Source: Takakia lepidozioides (lineage: Eukaryota > Plantae > Bryophyta). Taken from it: a stretch of 64,000 bases of DNA. The notes under the pieces are model-generated. The model was not told the origin of the DNA. It was given only the letters and a program-made list of their open reading frames with translations, and did no database searches. The translations under genes were made by a program, and so were the position numbers. Shown one piece after another: positions 50,601 through 62,989 of the stretch (the first letter of the stretch is position 1; each line of letters starts with the position of its first letter). The DNA lies in assembly GCA_030704615.1 (NCBI GenBank), contig CM060732.1, positions 18,910,001 to 18,974,000 of the forward strand. The letters run 5' to 3'.

Positions 50601-51212
50601 ATCAGTATTTGGAACATGCCATTGATACAAGAGTTGAAGATCAGGCTGAAATTTGTAAAAATCATGTCAATTGAGGTTGGAGTGAGAGTTCTGTTGTACC
50701 TCTTTCACCATTGCCTGCACTCGGGATAGATTGGCTGTGGCAGATCCAGCTCTAAGCTTCACTATTTTCAAATGAACAACGACATCATGGCCCTCTCCAT
50801 TGTTAAATCGGAGGGAGAAATCGGCGAGACTGATGGTTGCATCAGCCCCAGTCATCCAGTCAAGGCCTAGTAAAAATTGATCTCCAATGGTAACTATGCA
50901 GGTAACCACAACCTCTTTCTTGTGAATTCGGATGGGCATAGTGACTAGACCAAGAGGCTCATATCTGGATCCATCTGCAATCAACACTTCAATACCAAAG
51001 GCAGGGCATAACTTAAGACCAAGAACTCTCACAACATTTAGAGGTATGGCAGATATGGTGCATCCCGTGTCTATTACACAAGGAAAACTTAATTCGTGAA
51101 TACGGCATTGGGCCATGAGAGGGCTGATCTGCTGCCCAGATGTCTGCATGCTTAGAGGACAATGCAAAGCTTTGAAATTAGTAGACAGCATAGCTTGCAA
51201 AGGAATAAGAGA

Positions 51213-51272
51213 GGTAGGGTTGGTGACTAATGGACCTCTTGCCCCCTTCCCAAGAGGTCTGTCTAGTTTAAA
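51213..51272 (-). promoter_or_regulatory. -1 programmed ribosomal frameshift signal (gag to pol)
   Basis: T TTA AAC directly before the gag TAG, 6-nt spacer, 9-bp stem GACCTCTTG/CAAGAGGTC with loop GGAAGGGGG. The -1 frame is open into the protease. Confidence 0.85.
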
Positions 51273-53314
51273 GGAGGGTTGGAACCAATGGCAGCCTTTT
51301 TGTTTTTGAGCAGCTCCGGCAATCCTGCTCTATCAGGGCAATGTTTGGTCCAGTGCTCAAAAGACCCACAAATATAACATGCGGCACGGTTGCCTTCATA
51401 GGCCTGACCAGTTTGGGTACGACCTCTGTTGCTACCACCCGTCTGTGCTTGTGGCTGTCTAGGCTGCCAACGTTGTTGATGAGCTTGCATGGCAACAAAC
51501 TGAATAGCTACTGATTCACTTAAACTACCCACAGTGTTGGCTAGCCTTTGAAGAGTGAAATTATTTGGCTTGCATTGCATAGCAGGCGGAACATAGGGTG
51601 AAGATGTTGCAGCCATGCCAAGCTCGGAGCCCACTGGAGCTTGAGACTTGGCATGAGTTTGCATTGATTTGTTGTCAGCTAAGTCTACCATCTTAAGATT
51701 AATTTCTGCTAACATAGTTTTGTCATTAACAAAATGACGACGTTGGGCCCAATTTTGAATAACATGGGGCAAGCCAAGGAAAAAGTAGGTCTTGACCATA
51801 CGATCACGTTCTGCTAGATCAATGATATTTTCTGCAGCAACAAATTTTAGATCCATGTAATACTTCCACAAGGACTCTCCTGGCTGGTAAGTCCTGGAGC
51901 TCAATTTGGTGAAGCAGTCCAAGGGTCATTCAGGAGGTTTGAACAGGGTTTTAGCCCATTCCACAAGGGATGCCCAAGTGAGATGGGGGTCATCCATGAC
52001 AACTACATGCAACAAGTCACGGGCTGGTCCCTTCATGCTCATTCTAAAGATTGCCATTTTAAAATTCTCAGGCACACCATTCACATTAGCAATCACTTCA
52101 AACATCTGGAGATATCTATCAAAGTCCTCTCCCATGGTGTATTCTGGATAGGGCTGGGTAGTGAGCTGAGGAGGGTAGACTATGATTCATGTGACCAGGC
52201 TGAGCAGATCCATGGGCCGGGCAGCAGTGAGCCATAGCCTGAGTCTGATTAGTGGTATTATTCATAGCCTAGACCCCACTAGCAACCGGGACATAGTTGT
52301 TACTTGTAACATTAGAGGGACCTTGATATGACAAAGATGGCAGACTGGGTGGCAGCACTGCCATGCCCACTGGGGGAACATGTAGTGTAGGCCTCGACCG
52401 AACAGCCTGACTGACCATTGCAACTTGGTTGGGAGCCACCCCACTCATTGTGTGATGGGTGGCATGCCCAATTGCTAAGGATACTGACTGCCTACACTGC
52501 CACTAGATGGAGCATGCATTCCAACAGGTAATACAAAAGCCATAGACATACCAATTCATCCCCCAAGAGCGGGATTAGGAACATGCACCACAGGTACACT
52601 ACCTACACTTCCTACCTTGACAGAGGCACTCGGTGGGGCCGGCATACTGCTCGTAGTAGCCCCCATATTCTGAACAGATAAATTTACACCACCGCAACTG
52701 GCATCAAGAAATGGGGAGGGTTTTTGGGTGGTGTACCTGTCAACACCACCCGTCAAAGGCCCTTGTGATACCATATTTCCCCCATTAACAGAAACTACAT
52801 TGGTATTTGGGCTGGGCGGAGTCATTGCTGAACCATATTGAACCCCTTTAGCTACTGTTGCATCAAAATCAGCACGAAGGGAAGAGTCAAAGGAGCCATG
52901 TATGGGCAGTCTATGATGCCCGCCATCATGACCACCAAAGGAGAGTTGATCCACCAAGTCACCATCTTCCTGACTGCAGGCTTCCATCCCATCCGTTAGT
53001 GGAGCCATTGGGGGATCTGAGTCAGTTTCTGGCAATAAAGGAAAGTTGCTAGCAACACACCGTGGATCCACCATCACCGGATTATAGATTACCTCTTCTT
53101 GAGCACCTTGTTCTAAACCCATTATACCCGCACCCAATCATTTGCTAGATTCAAGCGTATCTTTTTCCGAGTTAGGATCGGGCAGAAGCCTGTCACCCAT
53201 TCTTCCCCGACCAGATCGAAGCCAAGGCAGACGGTCACCCTCTATCTTGAAGCAAGTTTTAACAATTCAAATCAAGGGAAGAGTAGAATGACCCGTCACC
53301 TGGTACTTTGAAGT

Positions 53315-54468
53315 TTAAGCGGCAAGGATGAGCAGTTGCGGACGAGGCTCGGCAGGACCAGGAAACCAAACAGAGCAGGAGACCACCTTCACCACGTCGT
53401 GCGATTGTGACTCGTAGATGCCCAGTGCTAACCACTCCCACGCCTCTGCCATTTTGACCCAGAAGCTCACCCTCGTGGTATTCTCTTCCAGCCAAGTACG
53501 AGAGAGAATCGTCGTAACAGGGTAGTCGTCCAAATTGGCAGAGACCCGCGGGCAAACCACACACTGATGATTAAACACTGAACCCAAAATAGCTATGTCG
53601 GATGATCGAGTGATCAGGGCATCACCTCGCAGCCCGTTGAAAATGTGTGCATACGTCGGCACCACCTCACAGAGCCTAAACTGGAATCGTAGTGCCTTCA
53701 AAACAAAAGCCCCAGTCCCTCTTAGCATCAACGACAACCATACATCACCTACAAAATCAGCAGGCTGATAAAGAGCTGGGCCATGAAGAGCAGAAAGAGG
53801 AAAATGAAGTCCAAGTTCAGGCCACGTCAACTGTCGATGCTGGAGGAAGCGAGCCTTGATCACGCTGCTGGGCAATTGCGCCGAGTTGCGAGTTCTTGCT
53901 GGACAAGACGAGCAGCACGAGTCTGCGCAGATGCGTTGCTGGACAGGGAATGAGCAAGCAAGACTTCGTGTCTCCGCGTGAACTTTACCACATCACGTTG
54001 AACGGCATTCTCAATGCACTTGAACCAAGAACGATCAGTGTCACCAAGCGAATCATCAGGCGTTTGGGACAGTGCATTCTCCCTGTCACGTTCTTCTTCT
54101 GCCCTTCTAGCTTCAAAATAATTGGGTCCTGGGTCTACGAAATTATCAAAGTTATAGTAATCAGGATCACAACTATCCAGCGAACTAGGCGACCGTGCAG
54201 GACTGGGTGACCACGCCTCTTCCCCTACAAGATCAACATAATCGCTAGGACTTGGTGAGTTTAAACGAACAGCAAGACTCAAATCGACAGCGTTGTCTCC
54301 AGGTACGATTGACACCGGCAGGGCAAGAGTGCCAGGCGGCGCAAGGGATGGAGGGTTAGCAGGATTGGTAAGACTAGCAAAATGCGTAACAAGCAGGTCA
54401 AGCTGAATGTGTAAGTGCTCTTCCTCACGACTGACAACGCAGCTAGAGACCGAAACATGCGACGCCAT
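53315..54468 (-). CDS. Unknown ORF(s) upstream of gag, probably one frameshifted gene or two overlapping ORFs
   Basis: ORFs of 218 and 186 codons overlapping at 53860-53875; first ATG MASHVSVSS; TATA-like TGTATAAAGA ~70 bp upstream (54538-54547). No recognised domain. Confidence 0.4.
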
Positions 54469-54710
54469 CACAGGAAAGGTATGCAAGATTAGCACATAAG
54501 CAAAAGGAAAACACAAAGACGGGACGGGCTAAGGCCATCTTTATACAACCCTGACGAGCGCTAACACATCACATAAACACGCCGCTACAGGAGATTAAGG
54601 AAAGGATAATCAATTGTACCCGCCGCCTCCACCATAAAACAAGATGGGAGAATAATCTCATGTCCTCTCAAGTATAGAACAAAACGACAAGGGGCGAGCA
54701 AGTAGAAGCG

Positions 54711-55198
54711 TATACTTCCTAATTCGATGGATGAAGAATGCTGCTGCATGAGCTTATCGGGTTACCGGTTGTCCACAGGCTTTTTATTTGCCTCCGAGTG
54801 CTCTGGATGGAATCCAATATACTTCCTATTTCGATGGATGAAGAATGCTGCTGCATGAGCTTATCGGTTTACCGGTTGTCCACAGGCTTTTTATTTGCCT
54901 CCGAGTGCTCTGGATGGAATCCAATATACTTCCTATTCGATGGATGAAGAATGCTGCTGCATGAGCTTATAACACTGGTTGTCCAGAGGATTTTTATTTG
55001 CCTCCGAGTGCTCTGGATGGAATCCAATATACTTCCTATTCGATGGATGAAGAATGCTGCTGCATGAGCTTATAACACTGGTTGTCCAGAGGATTCTTAT
55101 TTGCCTCCGAGTGCTCTGGATGGAATCCAATATACTTATTTCGATGGATGAAGAATACTGCTGCATGAGCTTATCGGGTTACCGGTTGACCAGAGGCT
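54711..55198. repeat. Tandem repeat, ~4.7 copies of a 103-107 bp unit, plus a detached copy at ~55484-55583
   Basis: Unit TATACTTCCTATTTCGATGGATGAAGAATGCTGCTGCATGAGCTTAT...GAGTGCTCTGGATGGAATCCAA starts at 54711, 54818, 54925, 55028 and 55131. Confidence 0.95.
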
Positions 55199-58100
55199 TG
55201 CAGCTTGCAAGGGGCGGGAAAGCTTGCAAGGTGGACGATGGCGCGGGAAAGCCCAAAGCTTACGTCAATCGCAGATCGCACATAGTTCAAGGAAACGTAG
55301 AATGTAGGCACTCTTGTCCCTCGCGATGAGCCATCGTTTGCTAGTGCCACGATGTACTATTTTTATGGGGGGCGGGTAGGTACTTGGTACAACTACCACG
55401 AACGGGCAGATTTAAAGAAAACAAAACTGGCGGCCTTCCTAAGGGCCCACTTAGCTTCTAATGAGTGATCTGCCATGGGAGCAATCCAATATACTTCCTA
55501 TTTCGATGGATGAAGAATGCTAATGCATGAGCTTATCGGGTTACTGGTTGTCCAGAGGCTTTTTATTTGCCTCCGAGTGCTCTGACGACTCCAGTTATGG
55601 AGAGAGCGTGCATTTGCAATACACATTGGCGTGATCTTCACTTGGACGTCATGCCGATGTTCTCGGATTTGCTGCAAGCCGCCAATTATGTCCTCAAGTT
55701 TTCATCCGCCATAATCCCGGTCTCTTACTCTTCTCTCTGCCTTCTAATTCGTTGCTTGCTATCTGTGACTCTGCACGTTGCACTCATGTGTTTATGATCT
55801 AGCCTGTTTTCTGTAGAGGTTTTCTTTTTGCACACATGATACTCTGTCTTAACATCCAGGATGGCTGTCATGATCGGTTTTTTCAAAACATACTGTCATT
55901 GCTGACATTCCAAATTTGGTTGTAGGATTTCATACTCAACACTTCCGGCGTCTCAACTGCATATATCGTTGTTACTAATTGGGAGCAACATTTGACTTCA
56001 AGCCTGTGGGAAAGGTGCGTGCGTGCACATTACCGAACCGAAGTACTTTTCCTTTTCCCTCCTCATCCAGTTCCTTTCCATGACGGTAATGTCACGACTT
56101 ACCTCAATAGATTGATGACGTGCGAGGTGCTGGACAGCCAGGAGCCTTGTAATTGCGAACATACATCTGAAAGGGTTTCGTTAGACTTCAAAATTTGTAA
56201 CGGCAATTAGTTCACCGTCATTGTCTCTCAAACAACGAGTTCTGATTATTAGAAAAACAAAAATGTCATGAGAGAATCGCAGGTACATGGAACTAGTATC
56301 TCTCTTGGATAGCTTAAATTGTGGCTCGGGCACGCACACTCCAGCTTGACATCCTTAACAAATTTTGTGCAGGGTGGCTAAAATGGGAAGCATCTTCCGA
56401 TACTCCTACGCTCTGATAACCATTCCGTCTGATGAGGCCAATTCAAAGTTGATCGATTCCTATTTCAGGTTGGGCCAAAATATTTGAATCAGGGATCATA
56501 TTGTTCATAGAGAGGCTAACCGTATGCCAGATGAGACCACGACATTAGGGCATCCAGTTTAAGAAAATGACTGACTAAACTGTACACATATATTGACAAA
56601 ATGGCATGATGTGGTCAACATAATTTGCTATCGGTCTGCTCTGGGTGCATTTCGTGTCCAGAAGTCAATTGCTAAGATCTCCTCACCTTAGATATCATCA
56701 TCTAGTGAGGGTTACTTCATATCATATCAGGCCGTTCTGTAGAAGCACACCTGATGCAACGATCATTGGCCCCTGCAGTTCGGAATTCACGAGGATTGGC
56801 AATCCGCCGTTTATCCCGTCACTCGATAACAGATTGACTGGAGAGAAGATGCTGCAAATGGCACAGGTGCATGCAGGTGCATTGCGTTTTCCCGTTCACG
56901 GAACAAACATAAATATATATATTAAGCGATGGATGTCATGGCGTTTTCACAGTGAGAGCATAAATCACACATCCTCTTTCTTGCACTTGGGTTGGTTTAG
57001 GGACTGTACATTGTGCAGGTGGTTCAGGACAAGATTGAGAGTCTTTGTAGAGCCGTCATGTGCATCTGGCTGTATAATTTCATTTATTATAAATGTATCA
57101 GAGGTCAAACAACAAGGAACGAGTGCATCTTTGGAATCTGAGGTACACTGGTTACCTTTCCTTCCTCCCTTCCAACCCCACCTATACACTTCACAAACAT
57201 TGAATGCTTTTGTGGTAGACATGGCAGTCTGGCACTGCTGATCTGATAATTGTCCCTGGTCTATGGCGAGGTCTATGGAGTACTGTTGTTTCGTGACTGA
57301 CTGACTACGCTAATATAGGTAGTACGATTAAGCAGAGCAGCAAGAGAAAATCATCTGACACTCGATTAGATTCATGAAGTTGTTTCTTCGGTTCGGCTTA
57401 TTAAACACCCTAGGTCTACCGTAAATGCTCCATAAATGTCGGGCACCCTTATAATTTACCTCGGGTTTCTTTAGCATCTACGACTTCATGGACTTGTGTT
57501 TTGTTTGTCCGATTTAAGCAACTGGAGTGTGTGCAATCTGCTGAAGCGTTGGTGACTGTTCTCACTTCCATTCCGGGTTTGGACAGTCATGAGGCGAATT
57601 CTGTGAGTACTCGTGAATTTTCTTTTTAGCCAGTTCATTTTTGAAAAAGTCAAGAACACCCCCGTTTTGTGAAACATGGCAGGTGTACACGTATCATACT
57701 TAAGACGCACAGAAACTGCTGAAGGCTTGCTCCATCCCCTGGCATTTGATTTCGTGGCATTCTAGCCTTCTAGGTACTTAAGTTTCCGAAAAGACTTAAT
57801 TTAAAGAAACCGGGCGCAGGTTTAGATATCCACATGTAGTTGAGAAATGGTTACCACGGAGGAGAAGATGAGAGGCCAAAAGAATTCTACGTAGACCAGA
57901 TTTCTATTTCCATATACTGTGACATAATTTTAATATATATATGTATGTTGTGTTGAACTGTGATAGCTTCTTGCTGACATTGGTTCAATCGAGGCCATTT
58001 CTCACGCAAGCAAAGAAGTCATTGTGGGCACGACCGATCTTTCTGCAGAGAAGGCGGACCTTGTTGTGAGGTTTTTCTGCGATGGCACCTCCAAATTTAC

Positions 58101-59174
58101 TCCCAAATTTGATTGGCAGCTTTAAGGAGACCTATATTGTATGAATGTGTTTTCAAGATCATCGTAATAAACTGGTAATTGTAACGTGAGGCATGAGCTG
58201 AAATTGACTTTGTACATACATGATTATGGTGAGAGCTACGGAAAGAGTTGTGCCACCTAATACGGTTGGAGGCTTCGTCTAGTTGTGTGAATATGTACTA
58301 GGTATCCAGTATCCACCAAGATGAGCCTGGCTATGGAAGAGCAAAAAGACCATCAGTGCAAGCCCAGGTAATTTGGCCTGTAGTACTTTGGCCTGTAGTA
58401 CTGTAAAAATGTCAGTTTTGGGCATGGCATGTACCCTAGGCCTGGGTTTGAACCCGAGCCTGGACTCCTCCCGGGCCTGGACCCCAGCCACCTGGCCTGA
58501 TGTCCTGGATAGTGGGAACCCTCTAGACCGTCATTGGGAATTGTGGGGACCATTTTTTAAAGCAGCTGTGGGCAATTGCCGGTAAATGGACGGTCAAGGC
58601 GGTCTATAGGGTTTCGGGTGGCCACGATTTCGTCTCTTTCCTCTCTATATGTGGTTGTAGGTTCAATGTCATCAACATGATGTCGGCGGCTTTACTTCAA
58701 CTAGAAAGAGCACAAAGATGCGAAAAGTTGATGACAAGGGCATGACTAAGCCACAATCATAGCCAACCTCTCTCATTTATGGAGTCTACAGGCTAGACCG
58801 CTTTATTGTCATCTGGAAATCAAACCTCAGAATTTGTTTTCCTCAATTTTGGCCAGTATCCAATAGTCAGTATTTATAGATCAAAAGAGAGCCTCTAACT
58901 TTGTCTGTGTCCAAAAAAATAAAAATAAAATATGTGTCCACTAAGAGCATACACACCCTTCTCACTGAAATGGCCCCTCTACGTCCGTTTTGTAGAGGTT
59001 GGTTCACGACTCTGGAAAGGGGTGTGAAGGGGTCGGCCCTTCGTAGCCACACCCTTGCCCCTCGTTACCAATGTCTCATTATGTTCTAACTTCTATTGCT
59101 CTTCACAAATCTACCAAGTACACTAGTGTTCTTCGTTCAACCTTAAGTCTGTGGTTAGGGTTTTGGGTGTGAGG

Positions 59175-61990
59175 ATGAGGGAGGAGTGGATCCCTTGGTT
59201 CACCATAGACCCGTACAAAAAGGACAGTGTTCAATGCAATCTTTGTGCATTGAAGCTAGCGGGTCGCAAAGATCGTATGTTATATCACCTCGGCTACAGA
59301 AATGGGAAGAATGCAGGGGTTAGTTTGTGCCCAAAAGCCTCCATGCGAGTGAAAGCCCACTTTGCCCAATGTGGAGGCAATATCCCACCGTCTCTTGACG
59401 TGGCCGCAGCTTCTGAGCCAAATACTCCAGGTTCGAATCAAACTGTCCCTCAGAGTTGTACCCAGGAGGATTCTTGCGAGGCGTCTACTGTTCGTGGAGA
59501 AGCCGGTGGGTCAGGAGCAACACCTGATTGTACGCCAGCACTTGTACGGACCAGACCATTGAGGCAACAATCATGCAATAAGGCTTAAATTTGTCGCATA
59601 GGAGGACTCTGGATAAGAAGTGGGCCCAATTTTTCTACGAGGCCAATATTCCGTTCAATGTCTCGAGGCTTCCTGCGTTTGTGGCTGCTGTCAAAGCCAC
59701 GTCCGATTCCAAGTCCACATACACACCTCCGAGTTATCGCGATCTCCGCACAAGATTGCTAGAAGAGGCTATATATGACCTCACCCAAAAGGTGAATGAA
59801 AAGACAGGTGATTCTCTCCCGAAATATGGAAGCACTATATGTGCGGACGGTTGGAGTTCTGTTACTAATCGACCACTGTTCAATGTCATGTTGGTCTGTC
59901 CTGCGGGGGAACAAATTTTGGGATTCGTTGACACAAGCGGGGAGAGAAAAGTTTCACGTTATCAAGCAGGGTTGTTGACGAGTTTCATCGATAAAATTGG
60001 AGCTGATAAAATTGTCCAAATGTGCACGGACAATGCATCTAACATGGTTAATATGGCCGATATTTTGATTGTATGATATCCCCATCTATATTACCAAGGG
60101 TGTGCTGCTCATATCTTTGATCTCATTTTGGAGGATTGGGGAAAAGAATCATGGATGAAACAACTAGTAAAAAAGGGCAAAGTCGGTTGTGACGTTCATT
60201 CGTACACATCACATCCCTCTGGCATTGTTTAGAAGGCATGAACCCAAATACAGCCTTAGGAACCCGGGTGAAACCCGCTTTGCTACAAACTTTTTGATAG
60301 TAGATCGACTGGTGACTGTGAGGGCGGGTCTGGAACAAGTGATCATTGACCCTCAATGGGATGCGTATGTGGGCACCTTATGCGACTCTCGTAAGTCCAA
60401 GTCTTTGAGCAAAAGTTGGAGGGTCCGCGCAATCATTCACTCCGACAATTTATGGGCGAAATGTGCAAATTTTGTGTACATGGTAGAGCCGGTGTTGATT
60501 GTTTTGCGGGAGTTTGATGGAAAACAACCAATAATGGATAAAGCATGGTTGATATTGGAAAACCTTGAGAAGCACGTGCAATCCTTGAGGCGTCCTCCAT
60601 TTTCTATGGACGATGATTTGGCGGCAAGGACCGAGGATGCATTTTACGACCGCAAACAGATGGTTCGCACGGACTTGCATTATGCGGGGGCATTGCTGAA
60701 TCCATTCTTGCTGGACAATACGGATTTGAAAGACGATGTGGACGTCAAAGTCAGGCTTGTACGGGTCATCATGCAACTTGCGCCCTTGAACATGGCAGAG
60801 CGAGCGTTGTCCGAGTACCAGTGCTTCTCGGATCGGCAGAATCCTTTCCATGACATGCCGGATCCAAAAACAATGAACATGTTGTCACATGAACGGTAGG
60901 ATCTGATTGGAGCTAGAGCAAGAACGTTAGCTCCCATTGCAAAGCGTATTCTTGCTCAAGTGTGCTCTGCCTCGTCCTGTGAGCGGAACTGGAGCAGTTA
61001 CTCGTTCGTTCACAACAAGATTCGCAACAGGTTGAATCTTGCCAGGGCTGACAAATTGGTTTATGTCTACACGAATTGTAGGCTACTGCAAGAGAGGACA
61101 GCAAGTGACACATCTGCATGGTACGAGAAGAATCTATTGTCTGAAGAATCTGCCTCAGAGGTCCTATCTAGCAGCAATGATGATACTGACGCCGCGAGGG
61201 ACTCCGACTCCGACGGTTGGGATGGGTCCGATGATGTGGGCAATCCTCCACATGACCCATATGAATTTAATGACGATGATGTTGCAATGCATCCATCCTT
61301 CGATGACCTTGTTTTTGATGAACTGCGACATGGTGTCATCCCAATTGTGGACCCCCTTCCCCCAGTGGAGCACACTCTCAACAATGAAATTGAGGTCAAC
61401 TCTCCCCCACCACGAGTTCCACGGACTGCGGGAGATGTGCAGGTCGAATCGTCGGATGATGACAACCGGCCGTTGTCATTCCTTCACCGACATCGTGCCC
61501 ATGTGAACCGTGCTTCATCTCACGCCGCTCCATCTCATGTTTCTCTTTCTCAAGCCGGTCCATCCCATGCTCGTCCATCTAATCTCTCTCACCCTCATGT
61601 AATTCCTTCCATCGCTACTCCGATCATGGGAGATGCTTCTTCTGCTGCGGGACTTCTGCAAGTCAAACCATCGGATGACGACGACCGGCCATTGTCATTT
61701 CATCTGGCCCGACGACGTCCGCATGTGAACCGTGCTCCCTCGACCCTTCGCTGGTTCATCTCATGCCCCTTCCTCTCATGTCGGCCCCTCTGATATACGT
61801 GCGAGTAGCCTTCCTCATACGAGACCTGCTCCAAGGCCACCACGAAATCCGGGTCAAGCCCAGAAACGGCAGAGAATTGTGCAACCTTTTGTTGGTGACC
61901 GACCTGTGAACAGGCCTGATACCCTAGATGGTATTCATGATAGGAGTGGAAATCGACCAGAGAGACAACTGAATGTACTCCGAGGATGAC
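59175..61990 (+). mobile_element. Decayed hAT transposase (BED-like finger, DUF659-type core, C-terminal dimerisation domain, acidic low-complexity tail)
   Basis: VQCNLC..RMLYHL, FFYEANIPFNV, PPSYRDLRTRLL, ICADGWS, QMCTDNASNM, CAAHIFDL, ETRFATNF, LHYAGALLNP, CSASSCERNWS, HNKIRNRL..ADKLVYV. Several stops and frameshifts. Possible left end CAGTGCAAG at 58354. Confidence 0.92.
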
Positions 61991-62451
61991 TACAGATCCA
62001 ACGGCCAGTTGCCTCTGGAAACGAAAGAACAGATGGAGATCATGATTCTAGCACTGATCATGGGAACGGAGGTGAAGTGAGTGGGGACGAAGATTTTGTA
62101 CTAGACATGAGATCATACCATCGTCGTCGTGCCAGACGGAATTAGGTACAGCTATAACTTCTGTGACCTGTCACATGATGTGTAGTATGTTTCCATGGAT
62201 ATCCATATTTCAGTTTGGGTACATGCATACGTGTACGGAAATGAAAATGGTGGAATATGTGTACCCAAGAAAGGGTTTGGTAGTTGTGCGTGTGTTTGTG
62301 TTTCGTCATTACCTTTACATTGTTGATTTCCTATTATGGTTTCGAAAGCCACAAAAGCTAGGTGCAGCTCCCAACATTCATCTTCCCCTTCACAAATCCA
62401 TGGGGAGTCGATACATGTGCTTTTCATCTGCCCCTCCAAACATACATACAG

Positions 62452-62981
62452 GTGCAAGGGGACCAACCTCCTGGTGGTCGCACCTATTTTAAGAAAAACA
62501 ATTGTGTGACCACCAGTAGCGGTCGTCGCAATTGTTAAAATAAAAGAAAAATGTTGCGACCACCCCCCTGCTGGTAGTCGCACCTATTTACTGAACGGCA
62601 GCTCACAAATCATGCCCCTTAGTAGTGAGAGGAGAAAATAACCTCTTTCATTTATGCGCCAAGAGGCGTAGGAATGGGGCACCACACACGAACCATACCA
62701 TACCCATCAAGTAGCAAGATTTGATCCCAGAATCGTCCGGGTCGCACTCAGTGCACTTAACCAACTGAGCTACTGACTGTTGGTAGATATTAAAAAATCA
62801 AAAAATTATGCGACCACCCCCCTGCTGGTGGTCGCATCTATTAAAGAAAAGGAAAATAGTGCGACCACCAGCAGGTGGTGGTCGCACCTATTTGTTTTAA
62901 ACAAAAAAATTGCGACCACCGCTCTGCTAGTGGTCGCGCCTATTTTTTTTTTTTAAATCTGCGACCACCCCCCTGCTAGTG
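62452..62981. repeat. Array of ~7 palindromic units TGCGACCACC..N..GGTGGTCGCA separated by A/T-rich linkers
   Basis: Units at ~62455, 62506, 62555, 62809, 62860, 62912 and 62960. Confidence 0.85.
62705..62780 (-). other. tRNA-derived (SINE-head-like) sequence
   Basis: Minus strand TAGCTCAGTTGGTTAAGTGC (A box/D arm) and GGGATCAAATC (B-box-like). No acceptor stem, so it is not a tRNA gene. Confidence 0.55.
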
Positions 62982-62989
62982 CACTGGAT

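Larger units (their letters stand above)
49870..53137 (-). mobile_element. Ty3/gypsy gag, (-1 frameshift), protease, dUTPase-like domain, RT N-terminus
   Basis: gag pieces 52556-53137, 51926-52135 and 51263-51922 (CYICGSFEHWTKHC); protease VIDTGCT...FLLGLDW; dUTPase-like GVIDRGYRLEVKILIAN..IKKGQVLARI; RT start DLGRTPILQHDIVTD..EEVQKMLDAGVIKPSVSSWA. Confidence 0.88.

Noticed and set aside
54711-55198. CRISPR array or coding repeat ORFs
   Set aside because: Head-to-tail tandem repeat with no unique spacers; the ORFs are by-products.
56425-56460. Hammerhead ribozyme core CTGATGA
   Set aside because: No stem II/GAAA partner at the right spacing.
55600-58300. Possible gene fragments (198-aa ORF at 56645-57241 and splice-like sites)
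   Set aside because: No recognisable motif or coherent exon phase.
62452-62981. CRISPR-like array of palindromic repeats
   Set aside because: Eukaryotic context, no cas genes, low-complexity A/T linkers of uneven length, and repeats that vary in sequence and orientation.
58354-62986. Complete hAT element bounded by CAGTGCA TIRs
   Set aside because: Only 7 bp match and the flanking 8-mers (AAGACCAT versus GATTCACC) are not a TSD, so the boundaries are left uncalled.
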